Positions 10,797 to 22,399 of a stretch of DNA of 64,000 nucleotides are shown in pieces. The DNA lies in contig MU053934.1 of the NCBI GenBank assembly GCA_013239625.1, positions 10,393,003 through 10,457,002 on the forward strand, written 5' to 3'. Position 1 is the first letter of the stretch; each line of letters starts with the position of its first letter. Both the position numbers and the translations under genes were made by a program. The notes under the pieces were generated by a model that saw nothing but the letters and a program-made list of their open reading frames with translations, ran no database searches and was not told where the DNA came from. Source of the DNA: Lama guanicoe (taxonomy: Eukaryota).

Positions 10797-12880
10797 ATGG
10801 GTGCTCTCTGTAAAAAATTGTTTTCTGGCATGTAGAAATAAAATAGATTTTTAATATAAATTTATATATTCTGCTGCATTAGAAAAATTTTACATTAACT
10901 CAAATTACATGGCGAAAATGTCTTTGCATTGCCTTTATACTATAGCATCTGCAAATAGTAACATTTCAGTTTATTTTTTAATTTTCCCCCCAGTTCTCGC
11001 ATGTTTTGTTTATTTTCCTTGACTTCATGCACCGACCAGCCCTACTGTAAGATATTGGATGGAAATGTGTCTTCCCTACTCTCAAGAGAGATCTGAATTT
11101 TTCACCATGAAGAGCGATACTTTGTGTGGGATTTTTGGAAGACACATCTCAGATTAAGGACGTTTCATTCTATTTTTAAATTGATTCAATTATGTTTTTA
11201 AAATCATAATGAATATTGAATTTTTTAAACCACATTTTCTTTGTTTGGAGAGGATCATGATTTTCCTCCTTCAGCTGTCAGAGTGACAAATTACACTGAT
11301 CAATTTTCTAACGTTGGAACTAATTTGCATTCTGGGGATAAACAGATCAGGTCATTATGTGGCTGTTATCTTTCTTAGATAATTATTAACACAGTATGCT
11401 AGCACTTCATTTAGAATGTTCCCATCTGCATTCATAACTGATGTCTGCCTTCTATGTTCTTCTCAACACCATCTTCGTCACGTCTGGAGCAGAAGCATGC
11501 CCGTCTAAGAGAACGCGTTGGGAAGGGCTCCTTTTTTTCCTCTTTTGTCTGAAAGAATTTGTATGTGTTGGGAATTCTTTCCTCATTCAATGTTTGGTAG
11601 AACTTCCCACTGAGTAAATCCTTGCTTAGCGGTTTCTTTGTGGGGAGGGTTTTAATATTACCGATACAATAATTTCATAGTTTATAAGACAATTTTGATT
11701 TTATTTCCTTCAGGCAGTTCTGGGATGCTGTGTTTCCCCAGAAATTAGTTATCTTCATCTAAATGGTAAAAAATTCTTAACACAAAGGCAGATTCTGCCT
11801 GCAGATTCTATAGCTATCACCTTTAAAATTTCACATTGGTTTTAAAAAATATTTTATTCTATGTTTTATATTTTATTTTTTAGTGTGTATTGGTTTTATT
11901 TTACTTTATATTGTTCTACACTTCAATAAAAAAGAATGCAAAAAAGTAGTGTGAAATAAAAACGTTTTCAGATAAAAAAAAGAGACAGAGAAACTAAAGA
12001 AAAGAACGCCAGCCCTGTGGGATGAGGACCCTACACTTGTGACCTCATTTACCCTGAATTACTTCCTAGAAGTTCTGTCTCCAGATGCAGCCATGTTGGG
12101 GTTACGGCTTCAACATGGATTGGGGGGGTGCTGGGGGGGAAATTCAGTCCATAGTGACCGTTTACATTTAATATGATTACTGACATTTTAAAATTAAGAT
12201 TCTACTTCTACTATGTGCTAAGTCTTTGTTACACCTGTTCTAGGTCCTTTTTCTCATTTTCTTGCTTTCTTTTGGGCTGATTTGAGAGTTTTCCTTTTTT
12301 TTTTAAATCGTTCCACTTTTTCCTCTTTTAATTTAGAAATACGCCCTCTTTAATTTTAGCGATCACCTTAGAAATTACCACAGGCCTCATTGGCACATCA
12401 ACTTCACTGCTAATGGATATCCACCCGCCTCCCGGGGCACTGCAAGAACTCTGGGACACTTTACCTCTTCCTTCTCCTCCTGCCATGCGTGCTGTGGTGC
12501 CGGCATCTCAGTTCTGTGTTTATAAACCCACAGGTGCTGCGTCGTTGGTCTGCACAGGGTGTGTTTAGACTGAGTCCCCTGTTTACTGCTGGAAGACTTC
12601 CTCTTGTAGTTCGAGTTCTGCAGTTTCACTATGAAATACCAGGTGTGTTTGTTCTTTACTTGCTCTGCCTGCAGTTGGTCTGGCTTCCAGCATGTGTCTG
12701 CTGACGTCTCTCACCAGTTCCAGAGAACTCTCAGCGTTCATCTTCTCAGCCGTGGCCTCTGCCCCACACCGGCCCTTTTCTCCTGGAGCCCCGGCTGAAC
12801 ATGAGTTCGAGCCGACCTGGTTGTCACCTGTGTCTCTGACTGTCTGCTTGTCTCGGTCCACCTTTCTTCCCTCATCTTCC
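10797..12880 (-). mobile_element. Ancient L1M ORF2 to ORF1 remnants (continuation of outer element), with inserts
   Basis: tgtagaaataaaatagattttt, cagattaaggacgtttcattctatt, aatgtttggtagaacttcccactgag, ccgtttacatttaatatgattactgac. Confidence 0.6.
12005..12153 (-). mobile_element. MaLR LTR fragment (MLT1A/MST-like)
   Basis: gtgacctcatttaccctgaattacttcc...gttgggggttacggcttcaacatg...aattcagtccatag. Confidence 0.75.
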
Positions 12881-13203
12881 TTTTGGAAGGTTCCTGGGAG
12901 CCTGGAGGGGATCTGGGCCAAAAGCCAGAAAGAGTCCTAGATGCGGGTGTCAGGCAAGGAGCCGGGACGTGCGCAGGGCTAAGACCCAGCGGGGGCTGAG
13001 CCGAGAAGGGCCGGGACGAAGCTGCGGACGAAGGCTTGAGGGCCCCGCCGCAAGTCGGGACCAAATGGGTCTCCGGGGACAGAGATGCACCGGAACACTG
13101 ATGACCGTTGTCGAAAAGCTGAGCTATTTTCTTCGAAATCAGGGCAAAGCTCAGAGCGCTTTGGCTTCATGGCCCTGGAGGAGCTGGCATGGAAAATTTC
13201 ATG

Positions 13204-13233
13204 TAATAGTAGTAATAATAGTAATAATAATAA
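13204..13233. repeat. (TAA/TAG)n microsatellite
   Basis: taatagtagtaataatagtaataataataa. Confidence 0.8.
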
Positions 13234-13794
13234 AACCCTCTTAATGAAGGGCACAGTCTGTGACAGCCCACGGGGACCAGGATGGGGCCGGAGGCTGCAT
13301 GGAGGACGGGATCCACAGACTTGAGACAATGCTGGGTGCACGGGGGACGTCTGAAGATGCAGACCGGCGAGCCAAAGTTCAGACGGCTTTGGGGCTGAGA
13401 CGCTGTGTCTGACGCAGAGGATGAGAAGGGAGTCCATCTGGGTGAGCGCTCGCCTCTGATTTGTGGCTGGGAAGCGCTTCCTAGAAGCTCTTCTTGATGA
13501 CAGAAATATCCACTTCTCCAGTTTCCAGAAATCAGAACTCAGCCGGTGTCACGAAGGACAAGCACGCGGGGTGAGTGGCAGCCTTGGGAGCTTTTCCGCT
13601 GGAAACCCCGGCCCGCTGGGCTCACCCCCCACTGAGGGTTAAAAGCAGATCCACATGGTTTTGTGCATTTTTAATGAATGACTCCAGTGAGGTTTTTTAA
13701 AAAATTTATTTTCTTCCTATTCGATCCCATTAGCCAAATAAACAGATGTATTTTTTCGAGCAAGTATGATGTTAGCAGAGCTGGTGAAGCACCG

Positions 13795-14010
13795 TGGAGA
13801 GATGACAGAGACTTGGTTCAAATTCCAGCTCCTCCACTTTCTGGCTGTGTGACCTTGGGCAAGTTTCTTAACCTCTCTTTGCCTCGTCTGTATAAGGAGA
13901 GAAGAGGTTACTGCTCACAGATGTGCTGTGAGGATTGAATGAGTAGCCCAGAGAAAGCTCTTAGGGGAGTTCGTGGCACATGGTAAACATTAGACAAGTG
14001 ATAAGATTAT
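13795..14010 (+). mobile_element. MIR SINE
   Basis: MIR core ggttcaaattccagctcc...gctgtgtgaccttgggcaagtttcttaacctctct...gtgaggattgaatgag. Confidence 0.9.
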
Positions 14011-14509
14011 ATCACGTGTAATGTATGTGTGTACATATATATGTCTGTTTTTGAGAAATGAGCTGTGGTCTCAGGGAAGCGGGGAGCTACCAGACAGAGG
14101 GCGTGACTTGGGACCAGGACCCCGTCCCCACCCCCGCCCCCGATACCACTGCTGGCTGCCTTCAGAGTATCAGCGTCCCCCACTTTCTTATCAACAGAAT
14201 CCTGACCCTGTTGGGGGTGGGAACGAGTCCAGCCCGAGAACAGCACCACGCACAACTCTATTTTCTTTTTCTTTTAATTTAAAAACTCTTTATTGTTAAA
14301 ATATTTTTCTCTCTTTTTTAACTTTGTTTTTCACTTGATTTTTTCATTTTTTTGGTTTCTTTCTCTTTCTTTCTTTTTTCCCAACAACTCTCTTTTCTGT
14401 CCTGCCCTGGGATTCAGGCCATGTGGCCCCAGTTCTCTCTGCTGAGATGCGAGAAGTTGCTGGAGGAGCGGCCGCTTGTGACTGGTGGACGCGCACACGG
14501 GAAGCACAT

Positions 14510-15241
14510 GGGTTCCCTGCGCTTCCTGTAACAACCTGAGGGGCGTGAAGGAACAGACGCGGATTCCCTCCCTGTGGCGGAGGCAGGAGTCTGAGGTCCA
14601 GGCGCCGGCGGGCAGAGGTCCCTCTGAAGGCTCCTGGGGGGATCTGTCCCGGCTCCGTCTCTTAGCTTTCGCAGCTGCGTCTCTCAGCCTCTGCTCTGCC
14701 TTCACGTGGCTTCTCTCCGTGGGTCTGTGTCTTTCTTCTCTTCTCCTTTTTCTTTAATTGGAGTGTCATCAGTTGTGCACAGCGTCGTGTTCCAGTCACA
14801 CACACGCACGTGTGTTTGCTTTCCTGTGCCTTTTCATCAGAGGTTCCTGTAAGATACTGACTATAGTTCCCTGTGCTGGACAGTGGGACCTTGTTGTTCA
14901 TCCGGTTTTGTGAAGATTTCTTGTACTTCCGATTGTAAGAGCTATTCTGCCAAGTTCAGCAGGTACACTAAGAGATTGGTTCCGTATGTAGATGCAGCTT
15001 CACCGTGTTCGTGGGAGGGGTGCGCACCGCGTCCTTCTGCTCCATCATCTCGCCAGCCTCCCTGTCTTCTCTTCCTGTGACGACGCTGGTCATCATGCCT
15101 TTGGGCCCGCGCTCCTCCAGGATGACCTCATCGTCACTAAGAACACCTGCAATGGCCCCATTGCCGCACAAGGTCACGTGCTGGGGCATCGGCAGTTAGC
15201 ACTTCAGCGTCTTCTGGGAGGACACGGCTCAGCTCACAACA
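14510..15241 (-). mobile_element. MLT1 (MaLR) LTR split by an L1-derived insertion
   Basis: Left half: gaggcaggagtctgaggtccagg, ccctctgaaggctc, ctctgccttcacgtggcttctc. Right half: ccaggatgacctcatc, aaggtcacgtgctgggg, ggaggacacggctcagctcacaaca. Confidence 0.8.
14745..15062 (-). mobile_element. Short L1 retrocopy: ~161-nt L1 5' end fused to ~150-nt L1 3' end and A-rich tail (probable spliced L1)
   Basis: 15062-14902 aligns to the first 164 nt of the L1 at 4033-3870. 14901-14755 aligns to L1 3' ends such as the copy at 22650-22801. TSD-like tttcttctcttct (14732-14744) / tgtcttctcttcc (15063-15075). Confidence 0.8.
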
Positions 15242-15969
15242 CCGAGGGTGGTGGAGCGGAAAGGTAGAAGAAAGCAGGTCCCTGGTGGCATCAGAGGGCC
15301 ACTCAACGAGCCCCACACTGTGGACCTGTGGATGTCCCTAGTCTCCAGCGCCTGCTCTCAGGGTCCCTGCAGGCAGTCAGAATTCCTGCCACGTGCAGCA
15401 GACATCTCACTGACGCCCTGCTCCTTGGGAAACGTGCCCCATCATCCTGCCTTCTAGGTGAAGCACCCGCGGTTTGGAGACCACAGCCACACGGCTGCCA
15501 GTGGCAGGGCTGGGTGTGAACATTGGTCTGTGATCCCAAAGCCTGAGTCCTCCCCATGAGCTGCCTGTCCCCGGGAGCCCCAGTCTCCTCCAGCCTTCTC
15601 CACGCTCCTTTGCTGGAATGATCATTGCCTCCCTGAGGCTTTGAGACGTTGAAAGACTATCTCCCAGTTGGTAGACACCTGCTGGGGTGTTTCGGGTCCT
15701 CTTTTCCAGGACCCTCGGCCAGCCTCTTGGTGGGGCTCCCAGCGGCCGTGGTTCTACTTGGCCGTCTGGACGGAGCTGACTGGCCCAGGGATGGTCAACC
15801 AGCGTCGGCCCCCCAGGTCAGATCCTCTGGGGGCTTTGGGTTCCCAGGAAGAGACGTCATGTCCCAGTCGTCATAACAGAGTCACATCAGGTGAGAAGCC
15901 CGTGTAGTGACTTCCGAACTCCAGGGCTTATCCGGTCACTTAGGGACTTGGTTAAAACTTTCTAGGTGA

Positions 15970-16577
15970 GCTATTATAGAAAACGGTATGGCGGTTCCTC
16001 AAAAAAATAAAAAATACTATTATTAAGTGATCCAGCCACCCCGCTTCAGGGTGGTCACCCAGGATAACTGAAAGCAGGGTCTCGAAGAGATATTTGCGCA
16101 CCCACATTCCCAGCAGCATTGTTTACAGCAGCGTTGTTTACAACAGCCGAGAGGCAGAAACAACCCAGGTGTCCGTCAGTGGGTGAACGGATCAACCGAG
16201 TGCGATACACACACATCCAGTGGCCGTTTATTTAGCCTTAAAAGGAGAGAAATCCTGACATGCTGCAACATGGATGAAACCTGTGGACACTGTGCGCAGT
16301 GAAATAAACCAGTCCCCAAAAGGCACGCGCTGTGGGATTTCGCTTAAGGAGTCAGACTCACAGGGACAGAAAGTAGGATGGCGGGGGTCAGGGGCTGGGG
16401 TTGGGGGGAGGGTCAGTTAGTGGGGACAGAGTGTCCGGCTGGGAAGGTGAAAAGCACCCTGGAGATGAGGGTGGGGATGGTTGCACACAACATGGACATG
16501 CTCAGTGCCACCGAATTGGACACTTGAAAACGGTTAAGATGGTAAATTTCAGATTAAGTGCATTTTACAACAACAAC
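15970..16577 (+). mobile_element. L1MB-like 3' end
   Basis: gtatggcggttcctcaaaaaa, gcagggtctcgaagagatatttgc, acagaaagtaggatgg, ggttaagatggtaaattt. Confidence 0.85.
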
Positions 16578-16951
16578 GAGATGCCTCCTGGTGCTTCTGA
16601 CGTGGTCCTGGTGGAGACAGTCCGCGAGCGGCTCTGCTGGACCAGTTTGAGCCAGTTTGCTCTCTCCTCGAGGAAGGAAGGTCTGATTGGTCTGGATCCG
16701 GTGCGTTCCTGTCAGAGCCCCACCCCAGCTGTTTAAAGACATGTCTTCTTCCGCTCCTCCTCCGCCTCCTCTTTTTTTCTCCCCCCTCCCCTCCTTTTTG
16801 GTGCAAACTAGCTCGGTTTTGTTGCTCTCACTTGGAACCCAAAGGCCTTCACTGTTCTCACCTTCTAGAGGGGAACCCCCCCCCCCGCCGAGGGGTGGGT
16901 TGTGCATCGGCCTCAGAGTGATTCCTGCACTGCAGAGGGCCACAGCTCATC

Positions 16952-16958
16952 GTGTGTG

Positions 16959-16993
<35 letters not shown>
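16952..16993. repeat. (GT)n microsatellite
   Basis: About 21 GT units with one interruption. Confidence 0.95.
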
Positions 16994-18378
16994 CTGGGGC
17001 CTGTGTGATGCACGGCGAACACCCACCCACGAGCCTCTCAGAGCTGGGGCGCTGGGACTGCCGGCTGGTGCGGCCCCGACCCCCTTGCGCCGCACCTGCC
17101 CAGCCCAGGAGAGGTGCCGTCCCCGGGAGCTCGCCCAGCAGGGCCTCCCGCTCTCCGTCTCTGACTCACACGCCTTGGTCTTCCTCCGTCCATCCGTCTC
17201 CTGTCCCCTCTTCCTCCCACCCACCCCCCTCCTCTTCCCCAGACCACAGGGTCCTGAGCAGACTGGCGAGGATGCTCTCAGGACAGTGGCTGCCCCGATG
17301 GTGCTGGTGGCCCGCTCCCCGACTCTGGCAGCACTCAGGGGGACAAGGGGAGTGTTGGACGTGCAGGGACGGCGCAGCTGAGGTGACAGGTCCCCCCGGG
17401 CCCCATCCACGCCCCCCACAGCATGCAGACGCCTGTTACTTTCCTAAACTTCAGTGTTGAAAATCCCTCCCTTCCAAGCAACTAAATAAGCGCTGCCTTG
17501 CCTGGCTGGTCGGCTAATCCACGTCAAAGCAGCAGAAGCGGTTAACGGACCGGCTTAAAAGAGGAGAAATCCCCAGAGGGAGGTACGGTCACCTTTCTTC
17601 CCCGAAGCCCACGCACAGTCTGTGAATGAGCACTTTTCCGAGGTAAGAGATGAAAACGCGCACTGCAAACTGAAGCAAAGTTGCTTTTATACCCTTTTTG
17701 GATTCGAGGCATCGAATTATTTGATGATTGAGAAATCTCCAGCAGCAACAGCAGCAGACAGAGCAACACGGTTAGTTCTTCATCCCAGCCCCACGCCTGG
17801 GCCCCGCGGGTCCCCGCGCAGGACTGTGCGAGAGCGGCTGCGGCGCAGAGGCCACACGGGGTGATGCGGATGCTGGGTGAGGGCAGGCTGCCCCGTGGGG
17901 ACAGTGCGGAGTCCTGGCCGGGAGACCAGGCGCGGAGGGGGGCTGGGCTGGTGGGGCCTGGATCCCCAGGGGCAGTGACGTCTGGGGGCCTGTGTGCGAG
18001 CTGGGAGGGTGCGCGGCGGGCAAGGAAACCCAGAGACAGCGGTCAGGGCTGGGGAAGGCCGCGGGAGCTTGGTGTGGCGGCTGTGGCTGGGGACTCTGGG
18101 GCCCGGTCGGCTGTGACAGCCTCTGCGGCTGAGCTGTGGGGCCCGGTGGCTTACATGGCCCCTGCGCTCTGACCCCTCACATGTAAACAGCAGTTCTCGC
18201 TTCATGCGGTTTCATGAGACTCCAAGGAGGGCGCCCCAGGGGTCACTAGGGTCACTCTGCCTTGTCTCTCGGGAGAGGAGGACTCAGCTGGGGGCCATGG
18301 GACCTCAGCACCGACAGGAGGGCCAGGGTTCCACTGACCGAGTTCCACCAGCAGAGGAGACCCTGTGGGATGGGAGCC

Positions 18379-18823
18379 GGGTTCTCCCGGGAACCAGCGC
18401 CAACAGGAGGCTATGTATATACACGTGGGGGGCGGGGAGAAAGAGAGACGAGAGAAAGAGGGACAGAGATTCATTTTAAGGCACCAGCTCGTGTGACTAT
18501 GGATTTGCGGACCCGCAGGGCTGGCTGGTGGCTGGCGACCCAAGAAGGGCTGAGGTTGCAGTGTCTCGGGTCCCAAGGCTCTGCTGGCAGCATTCCCTCT
18601 TCCTCAGGGAGCTCACGCTTTTCTCTCTTAAAGCCTTCAACTGATTGGACGAGGCCCACCCACACGTGGAGAGTCACCTCCTGCTTGGCTCCAGTCCAAG
18701 TCGGCTGGCCGTGGCTGTTCACCACATCTCCCAAAACACCTTCACAGCCACATCCAGGCTGGCATCTGATCACATGTCTGGGCGCCTTGGCCTGGCCAAC
18801 TGGATGGGTAAAATGGACTAACC
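18379..18823 (-). mobile_element. MLT2 (ERVL) solo LTR
   Basis: gccttcaactgattggacgaggcccacccacac, aaaacaccttcacagccacatccag. Confidence 0.85.
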
Positions 18824-21742
18824 TGGAAGGTGAGTGGCAAGGCTGGCCAGGAGGGGACAGAGCCGGGGACAGGGCAGTGGAGTGAGAGCTCTGGCTCTGT
18901 CCTGGTGGAGAAGCGGGAAGCCGCGGCCCGAGGCCGAGGAGAGGGCTGCAGTGGCAGGCGTTGGTGACACTCTCCAAGGACAAGGGGGCGGGGGGCAGGC
19001 TGGCGTCCTGGTCAGGGTGAGGCCAGGTGCTGGGCTGGTGGGCTTGGGAAGCGGGTGGGTGTAGAGGGGCCGAGAGCAGACCCAGGTCCTTGGGCCCCGA
19101 GCCCCGTCTCCTGCCTGGGGCACGCCCCGCCCTCTCCTCGCAGCGGCGGGCTGTGACCACCTTGCTCCTCCCCAGCCACCCGCCAGCTCGTAGGCTCAGC
19201 CCCCGAGGGCTCTGGTACACAGGGGCTTAGGGACCACTCGTAACTGGATGAGTCAGTAACTGAGCCCCCCAGCCCCCTGGTCCTGGACCCCTTTCCGCGG
19301 GCGGGGCCCCGAGGGGCTCGTGGTCTGCGGACCAAGCATCCCGGTGAAGACAGTCGGTGAAGACAGCCGACTGGTCCTCGGGGACGTTGCATCCTTGAGG
19401 CACCAACGTTTACTTGATAACCTGCCCGAGTTGCTTTCCAGAGTCGTGAGGCTGCAGGAAAGGAACAGCCCTGATGATTAATCTGAACGCTGTCCTCCGA
19501 TTACTCCCTTAAAATAGGATCCCAGACTCGTGTGAACAGGATTGTGTTTTTTCTTAGGGGATCGAGTTGGGATTTGGACGGTGCTGCGTGTGACCAGGAG
19601 CCCAGGCGTGCCTACCCCCGTCCTGCCCGTCCTCAGCGCCGAGAGCTCAGCAGCGCCAGCCAAACAGGGAGTGTGACGAGGGTGTCCGCGCCCTGGTGCC
19701 CCAGCCTCCCTGGCTGGTCAGGGCGTGGAGGTGAAGCCCGAGACCCAGACGGGACCCTGTGCCCTCCTACCCAGGGCTCCTCTCGGGTTGCCGGATGGTG
19801 GTGACCCTGGGCAGCGGCCTGCCTGTGGGGAATGTGGCTGTGGTGGCCGCTGTGCTGGGCTGGGCCCGCAGCACAGCGCCCTGCGGGACAGAGGAGGGGG
19901 TGAGGAGAAGGGATGGCAGCCTGGCCCTCGGGGCCAGCTCGGGTTAGCTCCTTCCTGCTGCCTGGACGGGAGGGGCCAGGCTGCCTGGACGGGAGGGGAC
20001 CAGGTGGCAGAGCAGGGATTAGAAGCCGAGACCCCATCCGTTAGCAAATCCACGGGAACCGGCCCGTTGGGGCCGGGCTCAGTGGGCAGGTCCTTCCGGC
20101 CCCCCAGGGCTCCCCGATGTGTGTGCGGGCAGCCTCAGGCCAGCGAGGTGGCTCTTCTCCCGGTGTCAGCAGGCGGTCCACTGGAGCAGTGGGTGGTGGC
20201 CCACGTGTGTCTCCCGGGCCAGCAGGTGGCCCCGCTGTGCACTGGCCACTGGTAGGTTTCCCAGAGGACGTGTGACTGCTTGAGACCTGGGCTGGGATAG
20301 GTGCACCGTCCGTCCCTTCCAGCATTTTCTATGCGTCCGGCCCAGACCGGTGCGTGGAGAAAGACCGCTTCCTGGCGAGAGAAGATGAAGGTCCCCCTCA
20401 GAGAAGCACGGGTACTGGGAGGGAATCAGGGCCCTGCTGTTGGAGAAGATCCAGCCGGGGCCAGTCCTGCCCGGATTTGGCCAGTCAGACGAGCAGCTTG
20501 GCCCTTTTCATGGCAGGAGAGAGAATGAGGGGGAGGCAGTTCCTGGAAGACAGCGGAGGGCGCTGTGTCTCGCCTCCCTCCTCCTAGGACCCCCTGGGCA
20601 TCCTTCCCAAGTGGGAAGGGAAAATGGGCCAAACTTTCTATGCTCGCTGCCCAATCCCCCCCTTCCGGAGCCCGTCTGTCCACAGGCACCGCTGAGAAGT
20701 CTCTTTCCTGTAGTCAGTTCTGTTCTAAAATATATCGAATCACTTAGAAACCAAGCTGGAAGCATGTCCAACCTGCGGGGACCCAGCACCCGGGAGTAAG
20801 GCTCTTAAATCAATTGGAAATCACTTCCACGTAATGCGAATGGACACGGTCAGGGAGTAGAAATCCCTGCCAAACTGCTACTCTGAACAGGATGAAAAAT
20901 TAGATTAATCTGAAAAAAGCCGTCAGCAGGCGCCCGCGTCCCGTCAGAGATCTCCGGGAGGACCGGGGAGTCGCGGCGTGCTGCCGAGGAGGGCCCGGCG
21001 CGGGCTCCCGGCTGGTCTGCCGCTCAGAGCTGCGAGGCCTCGGCTTCACCTGCCTGAACCTCCGTGTTCTCGGGGCCGATGCAGGGATGCTGGGGCCCGC
21101 CTGGCTGGGCTGCTCAGAGCATCGCTGATAACCTGTGTGAAGCCTTTCACGTCGAGGAGGGATCGATAGTTGGCAGCCGTGGGCACCTGCTTCCTGGGAA
21201 AGCTCCGATATTTGGGGAGCTGTCGGGGCTCGTCGGCTGTGGAGGGCAGGGTGTCTCCGGGGTGTTGCACGCTGGGACTCGTGTAACTCGCCGTGCTGTG
21301 CAGACGCCAGCGAAGCACAAACACATTCTGGTGCCCTGCTTTTCTTCCCTTAATGTGGCACGCATTTTTTACGTGGGCAGAGCTTGCAGCATCGAAATGC
21401 ATAAAAGTTGTGAACAGCGAGGCTGCACGCGCCGGGTAACTTTCTGGGTATTTCGCTAGCTTCTAACTGTTGTTAGAGGACATGTTATGATGGCGGGATG
21501 GAGCCTCCCCTCTCCCCTGACTCTGGATGGTGATGATTTTTTTGTCCAATTCCCAGAAGGGGTGTGAGAGCTCCAACTGCTTCTCTAGCTGTCTATCCAA
21601 CTTGCTGCTCCTCCGTCTGTACCAGTTTATACCGACACCAAGGACGTATGACTGCATCGATTTTACTGATGCCAGGATTAAGACTCATTTCTCAGTATTT
21701 TTAAAGTGGATATAAAATACGACCCTATTATTCTTTTTGAAA

Positions 21743-22328
21743 GGGTGGTGGTTTTGTGACGTGTCCCCTTGGCTGGGTGAAAGACGCTTCCCCGAATTCC
21801 CCTCCCGGGGGCTTTGGGCAGAGCGTGGCAGGAGGGGTCTCACGTGAGCAGTGGACGGAAACGTGGAGGCTGGACCTGGTGGCTTCCATGTGTCGCCCTT
21901 TATCCGCTGGCCTGACTCTGTTCCTCCAGCTCCTCTGGCTTCAGGTGTGCACATTCAAGTCCATGATGGAGGGCCTGATCCTGAGGACACCCACACTGCC
22001 AAGGTCAGAGGCAACAGGGGGACGTGGTATCTGTCCACCCCCAGACTCCCACACCCACAGTCTTCTTCCCTTCCCACTTCCCGTCCTGGGGATGTTAGGC
22101 TCCCTTGAGAGACCCCTTAACCAGCTCCCACCTTTGTGTGAGGTCAAATCCCTGTAAAAAAATCCATCTCTATCTCCCCCTCCTCCTCCATCTCCACCAC
22201 CATCCCATCTTCATCATCATCTCCAACTCCACCTTCATCACCATCTCCATCTCCATCACCATCTCAGTCTCCATCTCCATATCTGTACTTAATGGTTCTC
22301 CTTCTCTGATTGGACCTTGACTGATACA
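21743..22328 (+). mobile_element. ERVL solo LTR (LTR41/LTR52-like) with internal (CTCCAT)n low-complexity tract
   Basis: Starts tggtggttttgtgacgtgtccccttggctggg...cccgaattcccct and ends ggttctccttctctgattggaccttgactgataca. Confidence 0.6.
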
Positions 22329-22399
22329 AACAGCATCCTTGTTGCGATTAGCAGTACGTGGGGAAGTAAACAGTGCAGGCAGAGTAGGGTGACCCTCCT

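Noticed and set aside
21046..21657. Two in-frame minus-strand ORFs separated by one TAG (possible pseudo-exon)
   Set aside because: No protein family recognised and no convincing splice sites; needs BLASTX or PhyloCSF before any coding claim.
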